Assembly (NCBI RefSeq): GCF_009827135.1
Contig: NZ_CP046534.1
Span: 270,001 to 302,000 of the forward strand
DNA: 32,000 bases
From: Blochmannia endosymbiont of Camponotus nipponensis
GTDB taxonomy: Bacteria > Pseudomonadota > Gammaproteobacteria > Enterobacterales > Enterobacteriaceae
Reading direction: 5' to 3'
The translations under genes and the position numbers were made by a program. The notes under the pieces are model-generated. The model was not told the origin of the DNA and ran no database searches. It saw only the letters and a program-made list of their open reading frames with translations. This document shows, piece after piece, positions 31,813 to 32,000 of the stretch (positions are counted from its first letter, which is position 1; every line of letters starts with the position of its first letter).

Positions 31813-32000
31813 AAATCTGGTCCTAAATTGACGTACAAATATAAAAATCTATGATTTATTTTTCCTCTATGCACCAATGGAGTTGCTATGTCTAATTTTA
31901 TAGGGCCTATTGGTAATTGCCATCGCACCCCAATACCTATTCCAGATTTAAAATTATTCCATTTAACATCATTAGTAATCTCTCCTGCATCTATAAAAAT
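31809..32000 (-). CDS. tamA: TamA (Omp85-family outer-membrane subunit), C-terminal 63 codons (5' part beyond the window end)
   Basis: My minus-strand translation gives IFIDAGEITNDVKWNNFKSGIGIGVRWQLPIGPIKLDIATPLVHRGKINHRFLYLYVNLGPDL*. It matches the E. coli TamA C-terminus ([20 protein letters not shown]...FYIGLGPEL). The TGA stop overlaps the tamB ATG (ATGA at 31809-31812). Confidence 0.88.
   Translation of the reverse strand: MFIDAGEITNDVKWNNFKSGIGIGVRWQLPIGPIKLDIATPLVHRGKINHRFLYLYVNLGPDL

Overview
No novel system found. There are no mobile elements, CRISPR arrays, phage, toxin or defence genes, and no unexplained long ORFs; this is ordinary core genome. The window is very AT-rich (about 30% GC by eye, intergenic DNA much lower). 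It looks like a reduced Enterobacterales-derived endosymbiont genome. Gene content and the long AT-rich spacers resemble Candidatus Blochmannia-type insect symbionts, but the species cannot be determined without a database search. I can support 24 protein genes and 2 tRNAs, and 24 of these 26 genes lie on the minus strand. In coordinate order they are: thrC (partial), thrB, thrA, holD, deaD, pnp, rpsO, truB, rbfA, infB, nusA, tRNA-fMet, tRNA-Leu(GAG), secG, glmM, folP, ftsH, rlmE, greA, obgE, rpmA, rplU, ispB (+), ppa (+), tamB and tamA (partial). By my coordinates about 15% of the window is non-coding. The points worth a second look are: (1) non-coding spacers at the positions where E. coli has thrL, nlpI, rimP, argG, yhbY, dacB and yhbE; (2) two synteny junctions, deaD|holD and ispB|ppa; (3) truncated TruB (no PUA domain), ObgE and DeaD tails; (4) a statistically unusual 13-bp perfect inverted repeat just downstream of obgE, plus weaker hairpin clusters in the truB-rpsO and ispB-ppa spacers; (5) an A10 tract inside glmM and three U9 tracts inside tamB; (6) tRNA genes without an encoded CCA; (7) an intact, translationally coupled tamA-tamB pair. 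All product calls come from my recall of E. coli orthologue sequences and motifs, not from a search.
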